Assembly: GCA_918797485.1 (NCBI GenBank)
Contig: CAKKNE010000001.1
Span: 4,216,001 to 4,280,000, forward strand
Length of the DNA: 64,000 bases
Reading direction: 5' to 3'
Source of the DNA: Pelagomonas calceolata
Taxonomy: Eukaryota
The position numbers and the translations under genes are program-made. The notes below the pieces were generated by a model. The model was not told where the DNA came from. It searched no databases and saw only the letters and a list, made by a program, of their open reading frames with translations. The number at the start of each line of letters is the position of its first letter. Within the stretch, counting starts at the first letter, position 1. Positions 9,086 to 20,400 of the stretch are shown piece by piece.

Positions 9086-10505
9086 TTACACGTTCAAGTC
9101 CTCCTTGGAATCTTCGTGTGCTAGTCGTGGAGCGCTTGTCCGCCAGGTGTTCTCGCGGCTTAACGTAGGTCTCTGCTGCGCCCGCGGCGGATTCGCCCAA
9201 AAAGAGGAAGAAGAGGCAAGATTCCGAGGTCTCCCGTTGGCGCTCGCCAGCGAACTATGCGTTTGGAACGGCTTTTGTCGTGGAGAGCTCGGGTTGCTCC
9301 TCACGACCGTCGAGAGCGAGCGCCGGAGGCGCATCGTCCTGCTGCTGCCGCTGTCGACGGCGCTCAGCGAGGACTTGAGGGCGGCGACCTGGAGGTGATG
9401 CGCGTGGGTGGAATTGTTGGTCGCCGGCGCCATGTCGGGCAGCGCCTTCTTCCACAAGGGATCGGATTCGCTTACCTCACTCATCTCAACTGCGACTTCC
9501 ACGGCTTTGATCGTGTCGCCGAAAAGCACCGTCTCCTCACTCCGGGCGACGCCTTCGGCGTCCTTGAATTTATAGCGAAACGTCCGGGGGAACATCTTAT
9601 CTTTTTCTGGCGCGATGAATGAATACGCGTCTCCGCATGGTTGACAGCGATTTTTGTAGATCTCACCGTACAATCCTAACATGGGTAGTACTAGCGCCTC
9701 GCGGTCGCACGGCCGTCCATCCTCATGTCCCAGGCGACAACATGTCAAATCACCGCCGAAGACGTCGAGCGCTTCTAGCAATACCTTGTCGTCCGTCGCG
9801 AGCGGGCGGAGCCCTTCGTTGGTATTTACGAACATAGACGCCGTGCCGTTCCTCGCCCAGCAGCTCATGATCTCGGCGCGGCACCAGGCCCGCTTGCGAT
9901 ACGTGCGCGAGTCGCAGGTGTAGTGTAGTATATCCGCATGCATTCCCGTTCGCGTACAAGCCGTCCGTGTTAAAAAAAGGTGTCCGCGTGGTACCCGACC
10001 TTCCGCACAGACCGAGGCGCAGCTCGCGCCATTCGGCCGACGCGTCGTCGAGCGCCACCGCCTCGAAGCTCATCCACAGCTCCAGCGCCTGGCCCTTGTC
10101 CTGCGCGCATACGGGTCCGGAGCAGTCGCTCCCGTCCAGTAAACAAAACATCAGGGTGCCGAGGTGAGGGCGCGATTGCGGTTCTTTTACTTTATACTTG
10201 AGACTCACGTGCGTCGCATTTGCACACTGGTCATACGTCGTGCCGTTTAAGGTTCGTCCGAGGGTGACCGGGCCCCAGAGCGCCGTGAAGGCCACGTCGT
10301 AATCGACGCGCAGCGTCTCGTCTTCGGTCGTCGTGAGCTGTATCGTTCCGACCGACGGCTGAATCGATTCGGGTAGCCCGAGGACCTCTCCGGTATCGGT
10401 CCAGAGCCCTGTGGTCGTCGCGAAGTCCTCGATGACGACGCGCGTCTCGGCGCGGCCGCCCGTGACTCGTGCCGTGAGGAGGAGGAGGGCCCAGGCCCAC
10501 CTCAT
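9086..10505 (-). pseudogene. Probable internally deleted or frameshifted receptor-like gene: signal peptide + extracellular domain joined out of frame to a HET-like C-terminal domain tail
   Basis: The MRWAWALLLL... ORF loses its protein-like character near 9945, where another frame begins mid-domain (HAD...CDSRTYRKRAWCRAE). No splice acceptor is visible at the junction. Confidence 0.5.
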
Positions 10506-10681
10506 CTTTAGCTGGCTGTGAGGAAGAGCTCTGAGGTAAGTTGTCCAAGGACCTCGAGAAGCGCGAGAAGCGAGACTCCTGAGGCTTCGTGGCGCAGGTC
10601 CGAAGCCCGACAAAGGTCCCAGGTTCCCTCAAACGCCGCGCCGCCTGGGACAGCGCGATGGCCCCAGATTTTTCACAATTG

Positions 10682-10703
10682 CTAGTGTCTTACAGGCCGC
10701 TAG
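10682..10703 (+). promoter_or_regulatory. Recurrent motif CTAGTGTCTTACAGGCCGCTAG
   Basis: Direct match to the other intergenic copies. Confidence 0.6.
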
Positions 10704-10765
10704 CACTCCCACTCGATCCAGTACCAACCAACCTAAGTAAGGGAGAAGCCGGCCTACTACAGCCA

Positions 10766-13700
10766 CTACTTCCGGAGCCGCGACGACCTCCTCAGCGGCG
10801 CCGCGGCGGCGGGCTTGGCGGAGCGGCGCGCGGGCTTCGGCGAAGGTGCAGGGTTCGTGTCCTCGTTCTCGTCGACGTCGCCGCGGCGCCCGCGCGTAGA
10901 TCTCCGGGCCGGCGCGGAGGCCGCGGGCGCGGGCGCCGCGGCCGTGCGGCGCGGCCGGCCCCTCCGAGCGGGAGCGGGCGCAGGCGCGGAAGCAGCCGGC
11001 GAGGCGCTGCGTCCACCAGAACGACCTCTGGACGAGCGGCGCGGCGCCGGTGCCGGCGCCGGCGATGGAGACGATTCCGCCTCGGGAGCGGGCGCTGGCG
11101 CGCGTCCGCGTGGCGAGCGCCGGCGCGGCGGCGATGCGGACGACGCCGCAGCGGGAGTGGCCGGTGTGCGGCCCCGCGAGGATCGGCGGGTCGACGGTGC
11201 CGCGGGCGCGGGCGCCGGCGAGGCGGAGCCACCCGAGCGCCCGCGCGACGAGCGGCGCGGCGAGCGGCGCGTCGGGGCGGCGGCCGCGGGAGCCGGCGCC
11301 GCCGTCGAGCGGCCGCGGGACGAGCGTCGCGGCGCCGGGGCGGGCGCCGGGGCTGGCGCCGGGGCCGCGGCGGCAGCGCGTCCGCGTGGCGAGCGCCGCG
11401 GCGCAGGGCTGCCCCGCGACCGGCTGCGCGACGAGCGCCGCGAGGGCGACCCCGTCGACGAGTTGGGCGCGGGCCGCGGCCCTCGGTAGGAGCGCGGCGA
11501 CGCCGCGGGCGACGCGGCCGGGCTGCCGCCGCTGCGGCCCCGCCGGCGGGGCGCCGGGGCCGGCGCCGGCGCCGGGGCCTCGTCCTCGTCGTCCTCGTCG
11601 AGCATGGCCTGGAGCACCTCGGCCTCCGGCGGCGCTTCTTCCGCTTCCTCAGCTTCATCCTCGGCCCGGGGCGTGAGCTGCTTCGCGCGCCGCGAGTGCG
11701 TCGCGTCCTCTCCCAGGAACTGGACCGTCCACCAGCCCTTCTTCTTGGCCACGATGCGGCACACGTTGCCCGTCGCCGCGTCGAGCGCGAGGCCGCCGAC
11801 GTGGAGCTCCAGCACCGTCTCCTGGCTGTCCTCCTGTGGCGCGGGCGCCGGCGGGCTCTCACCCTGGCTCTGCGTCTGGCTGTCGGCCGCGTTGTTCGGC
11901 CACGCGTGGAGGTCCTCCGCGGGCGCCTCGGCCGCGGGCGCGGGCGCCGGCGCCGGCGCCGCGGCGGCGACGGGCGCCGGCGCGTCGTTGCCGTCGTCGT
12001 GGTCCGAATCGTCATCATCGTCGTCGTCGTCGGCGGGCGGCGGCGGCGCGACCTGTTCATCGTCGTCGCCGAGGCTCGTGTTGTCCTCCGCGGGCGCCGC
12101 CACCACGTCCTCCTCCGAGTCCTCGATGGGGTCGTCGGAGAGCTCCGTCTCCATGGGCTCCGGGGCCGCCGCGGCCTCCTCCTCCTCCTCCTCCATGGGC
12201 TCGGGCGCCGGCGGCGCCGGCTCGGGTGCCGGCGCCGCCGGCGCCGGCGCCGCTGGTGCCGCCGCGGCCTCCTCCTCCTCCATGGGCTCCGGGGCGGGAG
12301 CGGGGGCGGCCTCCTCCATGGCGACGTCCTCCTGCTGGCGCAGCGCGTCCACCCGATCGCGGATGCGCGCCTCGAGCGCCGCGCGCGCGTCGGCACGCCC
12401 CTCGTCGACGGGCGAGGTGACGTTGACCTCCCCTGAACTCTTCTCCTCGCCGCCCGTGATGCCGTCGAAGATCGAATGTGACGACGGCGGCGCCGGCGGC
12501 AGCGAGAAGGAGAAGCGCGGCTGGGTTGGTGGAGCGGGCAGCGTGAAAGGCGCGGCGACGACGTGCGCCGGACCCTCGTGTGATGCCTCGTCGTCCTCTC
12601 CGCCACCCTGGTCTTCTCGGCGCTGTTGTGGACGCTCGCGCATGACCTGATCTTCAGCCCCATCGTTATCGGGCGCCGCGGGCCAGACGTCCACCCTCGC
12701 AGGTTCTTCGTCGGCCATCACCGTAGAAGCCCCCTGCTCTAACGCAGCGAGGTAGGGGCAGTACCGCCCTTCCAAAGGCTCCGCGGACACATGCGACGCC
12801 TTCGCCACGTCCAAAGCTTTCAATGCTCGGGGCGACGCGAAGGGCCGGAGCCGCTGCGCGTCGGCGACGCGGCGCCTTCTTAACAGCGCCGCGACCAGAC
12901 AATCGCCCGCCGCGCGGTCGCCGCCTCTAGCTTTCGGCGCCAGGGCCTCGGCCAGGGCCTTCTCATCTCTAAAAGTCACGGGCAGCTGCGCGCACGCCTT
13001 CCGGTCGCCCTGCGCCCAGAGCGCCTCGAAGACACGCATGCGCGCCGTATGCAGTGAAGCGTCGTCCGCGCGGTCGTCGGCGGCCCGCAAAACTTGTAAA
13101 GCTCTATCTGGTCGGCGCGCGTTCGAGTGCGCGACGGAACGCGCTACGGCGAAGCGGCTGTCGTCGCCGTCCGCGAGCGCCGCCAGCGCGAAGAGGGCCG
13201 CGGCCACATCCAAGTCCGCCAGGCGGCCGATGCGCCTTGCTAGTAATAAGCGCAGGCCAGGACTCGAGTCGCCGTAGCGCGAACCTAAATCCGCAGCTAA
13301 GGGAGCGGCGCGCGCGAACGCGGCCCTTGCTGCGGATAAACCTTCCTCGTCGCTCGCTTCGCTCGCGAGGCCGTCCGCCACGTCCAACCCCCAGCACACC
13401 GCCGCCACGTCCACAATACCGGGCGGCAGGAAGACCGCCGCGGCCGTCTCTTGGAGCGCCAGAGCCCCTTTTCTGACGGCTTCCACGCCGTCCGAACCAT
13501 CAAGAACGGCGCGCCGCAGGGCCACGTCGCCGCTCACGACGCACGCCGCGGCCAGGCGGTGGTCCAGCGTCGCATCATCTGACGCCGTCGGGATCGACGC
13601 GTCCTCGACTTCCTTTGAGGGAGTGCTGTCGCCGTCCTGCGCCAGCGTCGCCCACCAGGCGGCGTCGGCCACGGGGTGGGCATCATCAGAAGCGAGGCCG

Positions 13701-14203
13701 CCCCGCTGCAGGAGGAAGGCCAGGAGGGGTTCTCCCTTGTCGACAGAGGCGGCCCGCTTCCGCGCCTTGTAGCGCGCGTTGAGCCACGGCACGGCGTCGC
13801 TATCTACTTCTCGTCGGACGTCGCGCGCCGCCCGGCTCAACCCGCGCAGCGACGACAAGACGCGCCAGGCCCGCGTCGCGCGTTTGTGTGCCTTGTCGAG
13901 CGCGGAGGAAGTGGCCGCGTCGACCATGTCGTCGTCTCCCAATAATTTGGCGCGCTCCTCGAGGACGGACCAGAGCGCCGCTGAGAGGCATTCCGCGGCC
14001 TCGGCGCGCTGGGCCGCGTGCTCGGCGCGCTGCGCCGCGTCGCCGACGACGCCGCCGGCCGCCCACGCGCGCTGGACGTGGCGCGCCTGTCGTAATTCCG
14101 TCGCGCAGGCGTCGAGCTCGGCGTCGGCGCAGGCGGCGTGTTGTGTCCATTGGCTCAGCAGCTCGTTGCGCGGGAGGGCGGCGCGGTCTAGAGCTGTCGC
14201 CAT
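10766..14203 (-). CDS. ELYS/HOS1-like nucleoporin with long acidic then basic low-complexity tail and AT-hook
   Basis: CWGLD and LPVTFRDEKALAEAL...LVAALLRRRRVADAQRL resemble the ELYS helical domain; C-terminal RRGRPR AT-hook and RRSPRGR repeats. Confidence 0.6.
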   Translation of the reverse strand: MATALDRAALPRNELLSQWTQHAACADAELDACATELRQARHVQRAWAAGGVVGDAAQRAEHAAQRAEAAECLSAALWSVLEERAKLLGDDDMVDAATSSALDKAHKRATRAWRVLSSLRGLSRAARDVRREVDSDAVPWLNARYKARKRAASVDKGEPLLAFLLQRGGLASDDAHPVADAAWWATLAQDGDSTPSKEVEDASIPTASDDATLDHRLAAACVVSGDVALRRAVLDGSDGVEAVRKGALALQETAAAVFLPPGIVDVAAVCWGLDVADGLASEASDEEGLSAARAAFARAAPLAADLGSRYGDSSPGLRLLLARRIGRLADLDVAAALFALAALADGDDSRFAVARSVAHSNARRPDRALQVLRAADDRADDASLHTARMRVFEALWAQGDRKACAQLPVTFRDEKALAEALAPKARGGDRAAGDCLVAALLRRRRVADAQRLRPFASPRALKALDVAKASHVSAEPLEGRYCPYLAALEQGASTVMADEEPARVDVWPAAPDNDGAEDQVMRERPQQRREDQGGGEDDEASHEGPAHVVAAPFTLPAPPTQPRFSFSLPPAPPSSHSIFDGITGGEEKSSGEVNVTSPVDEGRADARAALEARIRDRVDALRQQEDVAMEEAAPAPAPEPMEEEEAAAAPAAPAPAAPAPEPAPPAPEPMEEEEEEAAAAPEPMETELSDDPIEDSEEDVVAAPAEDNTSLGDDDEQVAPPPPADDDDDDDDSDHDDGNDAPAPVAAAAPAPAPAPAAEAPAEDLHAWPNNAADSQTQSQGESPPAPAPQEDSQETVLELHVGGLALDAATGNVCRIVAKKKGWWTVQFLGEDATHSRRAKQLTPRAEDEAEEAEEAPPEAEVLQAMLDEDDEDEAPAPAPAPAPRRRGRSGGSPAASPAASPRSYRGPRPAPNSSTGSPSRRSSRSRSRGSPAPRRSPRGRAAAAAPAPAPAPAPAPRRSSRGRSTAAPAPAAAAPTRRSPRRSSRGRSGGSASPAPAPAAPSTRRSSRGRTPATPAAASSASPPRRRSPRGRAPAPAPEAESSPSPAPAPAPRRSSRGRSGGRSASPAASAPAPAPARRGRPRRTAAAPAPAASAPARRSTRGRRGDVDENEDTNPAPSPKPARRSAKPAAAAPLRRSSRLRK

Positions 14204-14749
14204 CCTCCTTCTTTTTGCGGGCTTTTACGGGGCGTTTTCGCGCTGCGTGCTGGAGAGCGATGCGTGAGAGTGTTTTCCACGTATAACTACCAAGCTCTAG
14301 CGAAGCGCGGCCTCGTTTTGCGCCGGCAAAAGCGCCAAGTAAAACCCGATTTGCAAGGGCAAACCCGCACGAAAGGGGAAGCATCGAAAGACGACTGAAG
14401 GCACTATATGGCCTGGCTCCAGACAAGTTAAAATCGCTTCCAAGCTCCCCTCACCGAGAGGCTGGGCTTGCTGCAGTCTGTCACTGCTGCACGCGCGCAT
14501 CGAGCAGCGATTACCTTTTGAGCATCGCGCTGTGGTCAGCAGTAGTAATCGCTGCTGCAAGTTGAACTGCGCAAGCTGCACGTGCCGTTTGTCAACCGCC
14601 TGAGCAGTGTGAGCAGCAGTGGTGCACTGCAGCAAACAACAGTGCGACGCACGCCATCGACGCGCACCGCCCCGCGTCCTAAAACGGGCAAGCTGCATCG
14701 AGCAGCGGCCCTCGCGCTCTGGACCGGCCTCGGCCTCGGCAGCAGCAGA

Positions 14750-15610
14750 ATGGACGACGCGGCGTACCGCGAGGTCGCCGAGCGAGCTTTGGGCTACGCG
14801 CGCGTCGAGTTCCGGGACGAGATCGCCTCTCTGAAGCGGGAGAACGCCGCCCTGAAGCGGAAAGTTGGGAGGAAGCCCCGTGGCGGGGGTTCGGCGGCCG
14901 GCCACGGCCCGGTGGTCGAGGACGACCCGGACTCGTCCTCACTACTGTTGGCCGTGAAGCGCGCGCGCACGCTGGCCCTCTTCCTGCTGCTGCTGAGCTG
15001 CACGACGGCGATTTTGGAAGGCTACGAGGAGACGCTCGCGGCGCACGTGTCGCTGTCGTTCTTCGTGCCTTTTTTGATCGGCCACGGCGGCAACTGCGGC
15101 GGCATGAGCGTGGGCGCCGTCATCTCGGCGATCGCGCGCGGCGACGCGCGCACGCCGACTTCTAAGTATCGGCTGGCGCTGCGCGAGATCCTCGCGGGCT
15201 GCGCCGTCGCCGTCCAGCTCGCGGCCCTCGCGGCGCTCGCCATGTACTTGACGGGCTTCGACCGCGACCTGAGCACGGTGGTGGTGGCGGCGCTCGCGGC
15301 GATCACGGCGTTGGGGGCGGTCTGCGGTTCCGTCATCCCGCTCGCGCTGGACTGGCTTGGCCTCGATGCGGCGACGGTCGCGCCGCCCGCCGTTACTACA
15401 TTGATAGACGCGCTCGGCATCGTGATTTATCTCACGGTCGCGCGCGCCGTGCTCGACGTGGCGCCGGCGGCGCACGCGCACGCCGACCACGCCGCCGAGG
15501 CCGCCGTGGCGGCGGCCGCGGCGGCGGCGTCTAACGTCGTCGAGGACGTTGTCAAGGCGGCTGCTTCAGCGGCGGAGGGCGTGGTGGAAGGAGTCGCTTC
15601 TGAGCTTTGA
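14750..15610 (+). CDS. mgtE: MgtE-family Mg2+ transporter (membrane domain only)
   Basis: FFVPFLIGHGGNCGG and LDAATVAPPAVTTLIDALG MgtE motifs; about 5 TM segments. Confidence 0.85.
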   Translation: MDDAAYREVAERALGYARVEFRDEIASLKRENAALKRKVGRKPRGGGSAAGHGPVVEDDPDSSSLLLAVKRARTLALFLLLLSCTTAILEGYEETLAAHVSLSFFVPFLIGHGGNCGGMSVGAVISAIARGDARTPTSKYRLALREILAGCAVAVQLAALAALAMYLTGFDRDLSTVVVAALAAITALGAVCGSVIPLALDWLGLDAATVAPPAVTTLIDALGIVIYLTVARAVLDVAPAAHAHADHAAEAAVAAAAAAASNVVEDVVKAAASAAEGVVEGVASEL

Positions 15611-15936
15611 TTCGACGCGGCTTTCGTGAGTTCTAAGGAAGAGTAGTTATCCTATCCTACTTACCTACGCAAACGCAGGAGCTTAGTCCGGCGGGTACTC
15701 CTCGAGCCCAGCGCCGGTAAAGCCCGGCGCCGGCACTCCCTTCGCGAGTTTCTCCACCGCGGGTGGCGACGAGCTCGCACGACGGGGGGGGAGCGACAGG
15801 GTAGGGGGCTCGGAAGTCGCTGGGGGGCGTCGTTCTCGACTCCGACTAGTAGAAGTTAGTTAACTTACACAGCTTGTCCGCGCGCGTTAACGTTTAGGGG
15901 AGGATTGGGGAGGGGAAACTTGTTGAGCGATGCTTC

Positions 15937-16452
15937 ATGGTCGTCGCGGCGCGCAAGGGCTGGTTCGAGGGCTACGCGTGGATTATCCGCGCGAACGCGG
16001 ACGTGCGCTTCGAGGACACTTCATTTTTGACGGCGGCGATGCGCACGTCGACGGCCGTGCTCGAGCGGTGCTGCCCGCGCGACAACGAGAGATTACAAGC
16101 GCACGACGCGATCTGTACGGACTTCTTCGCGGCGCGGCCGCGTGCGATGAACCACACCACGTGGCTCGCCGGGCCGCGCCTGCACGGGCGCGTGCACAAC
16201 GAGTGGGCCGCGGCCCTCGTGTTTCGGGACGCGATCGACCGCGGGCGGGCGACGGTCTGGGACGTCGAGGAGGCGTACCGGAGCCCCGCGTGCCGCGTGG
16301 GCGGGCGGGGCGTCTTCCACGACCACGCGTACTGCGGTGAAATCGCGGCGCCGGCGGTCACTCGTCGGCGACGCCGCGACGCCGTCGCCGTCGCCGTCCG
16401 TGGGCGCGCCAAGTGGCGCGCCACGCTCGCCGCCCGCGAAACCCCCCCGTAA
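15937..16452 (+). CDS. Hypothetical protein, possibly a 5'-truncated glycosyltransferase-like fragment
   Basis: Protein-like composition (GYAWIIRANADV, ICTDFFA, GVFHDH); the start looks mid-domain. Confidence 0.45.
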   Translation: MVVAARKGWFEGYAWIIRANADVRFEDTSFLTAAMRTSTAVLERCCPRDNERLQAHDAICTDFFAARPRAMNHTTWLAGPRLHGRVHNEWAAALVFRDAIDRGRATVWDVEEAYRSPACRVGGRGVFHDHAYCGEIAAPAVTRRRRRDAVAVAVRGRAKWRATLAARETPP

Positions 16453-16530
16453 AGCCTAGTTCTCTTTCAGACCCCCGGCGCCGTCGACGCGACATCTACA
16501 AGTATTCCGCAGTTACGCCCTCAAAAAAAA

Positions 16531-16992
16531 CTAGAGCCCCTGCTTCCAGAGCGAGAAGCGGTAGTCCATCTCGTCGGGCGTCGACTTCGTCCACCGCGCG
16601 CGGTACTCCTCGAGCTGCGGGTGGCCCGGCGCCTCGCCGAGGACGCACTTGGACTTGTACTCGGACGCGTCCTGCATGATCGTCTTCCACTTGCCGGGGG
16701 ACTCGTGCTTGTCCGGGCAGACGATGTTGTCATAATCAAAACGGTCGTTCGACGGGTCCCGCGAAATGCCGCAGCCGAACTCCTGGGCGACGACGGGCTG
16801 GCCCGAGTAGCCGACCCTCATGGCCTCGTCCAGGACCGTGACAAACCGCCGCGTCGTGAAGCGGCCCCGGCCGGCCTTCGGGTCGCACCGGTCTTCCGTC
16901 CAGTTTCCTTCCAACGCTCCTCTGGTATAGGACTTCTTGCCGCCTCGTAACGAGTTGTTGCCGGAGTCGGCGCCGTTGGATAGGTCCGGCAT
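16531..16992 (-). CDS. Axonemal microtubule-inner-protein-like (GNWxE[D/E]R motif; CFAP107/CFAP95-like)
   Basis: SYTRGALEGNWTEDR motif; divergent from CFAP74. Confidence 0.6.
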   Translation of the reverse strand: MPDLSNGADSGNNSLRGGKKSYTRGALEGNWTEDRCDPKAGRGRFTTRRFVTVLDEAMRVGYSGQPVVAQEFGCGISRDPSNDRFDYDNIVCPDKHESPGKWKTIMQDASEYKSKCVLGEAPGHPQLEEYRARWTKSTPDEMDYRFSLWKQGL

Positions 16993-17454
16993 ATTTACGG
17001 GGCGCGAAGGTGTGCTGAGGCTTTCTCTCCCTCAGGAACCGCGGGAGATGACGCGTCGCTCGCGGCGGCGGCGCGGGGGGCCGACGGGGCAGCCTCGGCG
17101 CTGTTATGCGCGTTGGGCAGCCTGTGGACGCCGAAGCGACGAGGAGACCGCCGGAGCGACGCGGTGGCGTCTCTTATAAGGCCGTGCGTCCGTCCGGACG
17201 TCCACGGAGCGCGGGAGAGGGCGCAAAGTGCAGCGCTTGGCAACGACGAACCCGCACGAGCGTCAACTTTGACCAGCGAAAACCCGTGCTGCTTTGGTTT
17301 GCGCGCAGCGCCCGCAGTTGCCGGGCCCGTGGCAGGCCTGTGCTTGGCGTCACGGCTTGGTGAGCGACGACGTGGCCGCATACGACGCCAGCAGGCCGCC
17401 CACGACGCATCGGACGCATAAAAGCTCCTCAGAGTGAATTGGGGCAGCCCCCAC

Positions 17455-20400
17455 ATGATGGAGCCCGCGCCCGCCCCGGCGCCGGCCCCGACGCCGGCCC
17501 CCGCACCGGCGCCCGCACCGAGCTCGCAACTCGTGGAAGCGCAGCCCCTGCGCGAGGACGGCTTGGAGTTCCTGTCTGATACGCTCGAGCGCGAGTACGG
17601 CGACTTGTTTATTGAGACCGAAGAGCAGGATGATAATGAGAGCGTCACGACGCTAGATACGGCGGCCACGGTGAACCTGAGGAAGGTGTCGAACAATGAA
17701 CTGCTACATATATCTAGACGATTGGACGAGCTCGTAAGTAACAGAAATGAGTTAAGGAAAAGCGCGGACGCCAAATCACTAGTCGCGGAACAAGAGCTCT
17801 ACAAAGCGCAGACCCAGGAAGAGCTCGCCGAGCAGGCGTGGCAGAAGCATGTTGACCTCGAGTATGAGGCGGACAACATGAGAGATGCGAATGGGAACAA
17901 ACTAGGCCGAGGGGCCCTGTCTGTCGACCAGTTGAAGGCTTTTAAACAAGCTAAAGATGATGCTCATCGGCAGCGAACGCTAGCGACGCGCCAGAGGGAA
18001 CACGCTAGTGAAGAACACCAACTAGCTCTACGAGAGGAGCACCTCCGACAAAATGCGGAACGCGCCTGCGCTGCGGTCGCCGAGAAGGCCCTGGGTGCGC
18101 AGAAGGTGCGCGACGAGCGCTGGGAGGAGACCGTCGAAAAGTCGAAACGCACCGTAGCGCTGGAAATCCAAGGGGCCAAAAATGTGATAAAAAGGCACAA
18201 CAAACGTAGGGAAGCAGCTTTGCTAGCCGCCGAGAAGGAACGGGTCCAGCAGGAGATTCGCGACAAGGCTGCTCAACTAGGTTTGGCCAAGGCGCAGGCT
18301 CGCGTCGCGGAGAAAGAAAAACTCAACAGAGAAACTCAAAAATTAGCCGACAAGGCCCAGCGCGAAGCGCTGGAGAAGAGAGCTGCCGCTATAATAGAAC
18401 TGAAGCACAACATCGACAAGAACACTTTGGAATTGAAGGCGCTGAACGAAAAGCGCGCGATGCGCGAAAAGAAGAAAAAAGAGGCCTTCGAGAGGGAGAA
18501 GGCGGAGATCGAGGCTCGCGGCGAGAACCCCTATCAAGTGTTCTTGCAGCGGGATATTGATAGGAAGTATGAAAGAGATGTCAGGGAAGCGAAGGAGAAA
18601 ATAGAAAGGAAAAGGCAGGAGGTCATCGACCGCATCGCGAAGGATGATGAAAGGCAGCGGAAGATCGACGCGAAGAAGCATCATGATGAAGTGATGGCTA
18701 AAAAACATCGAGCTACGCTTGGTCGTCATTTCGCGCAAGCGCGGAATGACAAGTATCTGATCGAGAAGACTGGAAGGCAGTTGATCGATCCTACTGGTAG
18801 ATCCGTAGAACCGATCTTCCCGTCCCAGGAAACGAAGATGCTGGACAACACGTTTGGCACGGGTTTACTCGGTCGGAAGACCGCTGAAGAGCGCGAAGAA
18901 CTGATTCGTAATCTAGCTGCGTCGGCGGAACACTCACAACAGATCAAGAAGGACCCGTATGGCGAGTTCTCTCGCTTCGTGCCCAAGCTCAAAGGTGCAG
19001 AAACGAGGGAGTCGCGTAACGAAGACCCTCGTCAATCCCTCGAGCAGTTCGGCGCCGAGAGCCAGGCCGTTGCTGTGGTCGATGAGGATGCTCTGGTGGT
19101 GAAGGAACTGTCGAAGTTCGAGTTGCAATGTCGAGAGAAGGCCCAACAGCGGCAGAAGGACCGACTCGCAACGGGGACTCCTCAATCAGTCGCGGGCAAA
19201 ACTCTCAAAAGTAGCGCATTCGTCTCGGAACCGTCTACGATAGAGTACATCGACTTCACGCCCGGTGTGCGGCATGTGCTGAACATCAAGCTGACCAATG
19301 GCTCGTTAACGTTCAACAACTTTAAGTTATTACCGATGGCCGATGAAGTGACTGATTTTTTTGAGATTACTTATACTAAACCTGGAAGGATGTCCGCGGG
19401 CACGTCTTGTATGTTGGAGATCGCCTTCACGCCCCAGGTCAACGAGGACATTTTTGCGGAGTTACCCATGTTAGCGGCGACGGGACCTTTCTCCATCCCA
19501 ATCAGATGTACGACGAAGAAGGTCGTACCTTCTATTTCTCATGAACACGTCACTTTTGACGACGTGGTCATGGGTGAAGAAAGTACGGTAGTGTTAACTA
19601 TCAAGAACGACGGCGCGCTACCTACGACGTATACTTTTTACGACCCAGAAACCATGGAGCCTTTGGGACTGAAGAAGCCAGAGGTGCTGAAGATCGAGTC
19701 TAGCCCTGTGAAGGCGCCTCCCACTACCGGTCTGTTGTCTCCCGCCCTCTCGCCGACGCCGACCGCGCTCCTGTCGCCGGACGGCGACACGGATGATGAA
19801 GGCCTAGCGCCGGCGCCCGCACCGTTGATCGAGGGCGAGGAGGAGCTGGACGCCGAAGAAGAGGAGCAGCGGCAGGCCTTGGCCGAAGAGTCTTTAGTAG
19901 AGAAGTCGTACGTAAAGCACAGAGAGTGCCTCCAGTACAAGGATGGCCTGACGGCGCTACAGTACGAAGGCGGCGGCGTCGTCGAGGGCTACTCGTCCAC
20001 GACGCATGCCATCAAGTTCGCGCCGCTCCGAGCTGGATATGAAAGACAAGCTGTATTGGTAAAATTCGAGGGCTACGATCAAGACTTAGAATTTACGATC
20101 CTAGGGTCGTCGATAGAAGTACCTATTTACCTGGAGGAAGCGTTGCATGATTTCCGATGTGTTGTGCATGGGAAGTTGTATCGGAAGAAGCTGCTGATAC
20201 ATAACAGGGGTAAGATAGCCATGAAGTGCATAGCGCAAGTACCGCCCAAGTATAAAGATTATATCGAGTACCAGCCGGACATGGGCTTCGTCCAACCTGG
20301 TGCGTCGTTTGAGATGGGCATTAAGTTTAGGCCGCAGCATGAGTTAGTGAAGGCATCAAAACCATACTGCCTCGAGGACAGCGATGTAGTAGCTATTCCT

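Noticed and set aside
10589..12663. Overlapping 615-623 aa Arg-rich ORFs in other frames
   Set aside because: Shadow ORFs of a GC-rich low-complexity CDS; stop codons are scarce at this GC content.
15658..15800. TACTTACCT and GCACTCC resembling U1 snRNA
   Set aside because: No loop I GATCACGAAG and no Sm site; spacing does not fit U1.
15893..15900. TTTAGGGG telomere-like unit
   Set aside because: Single copy, not an array.
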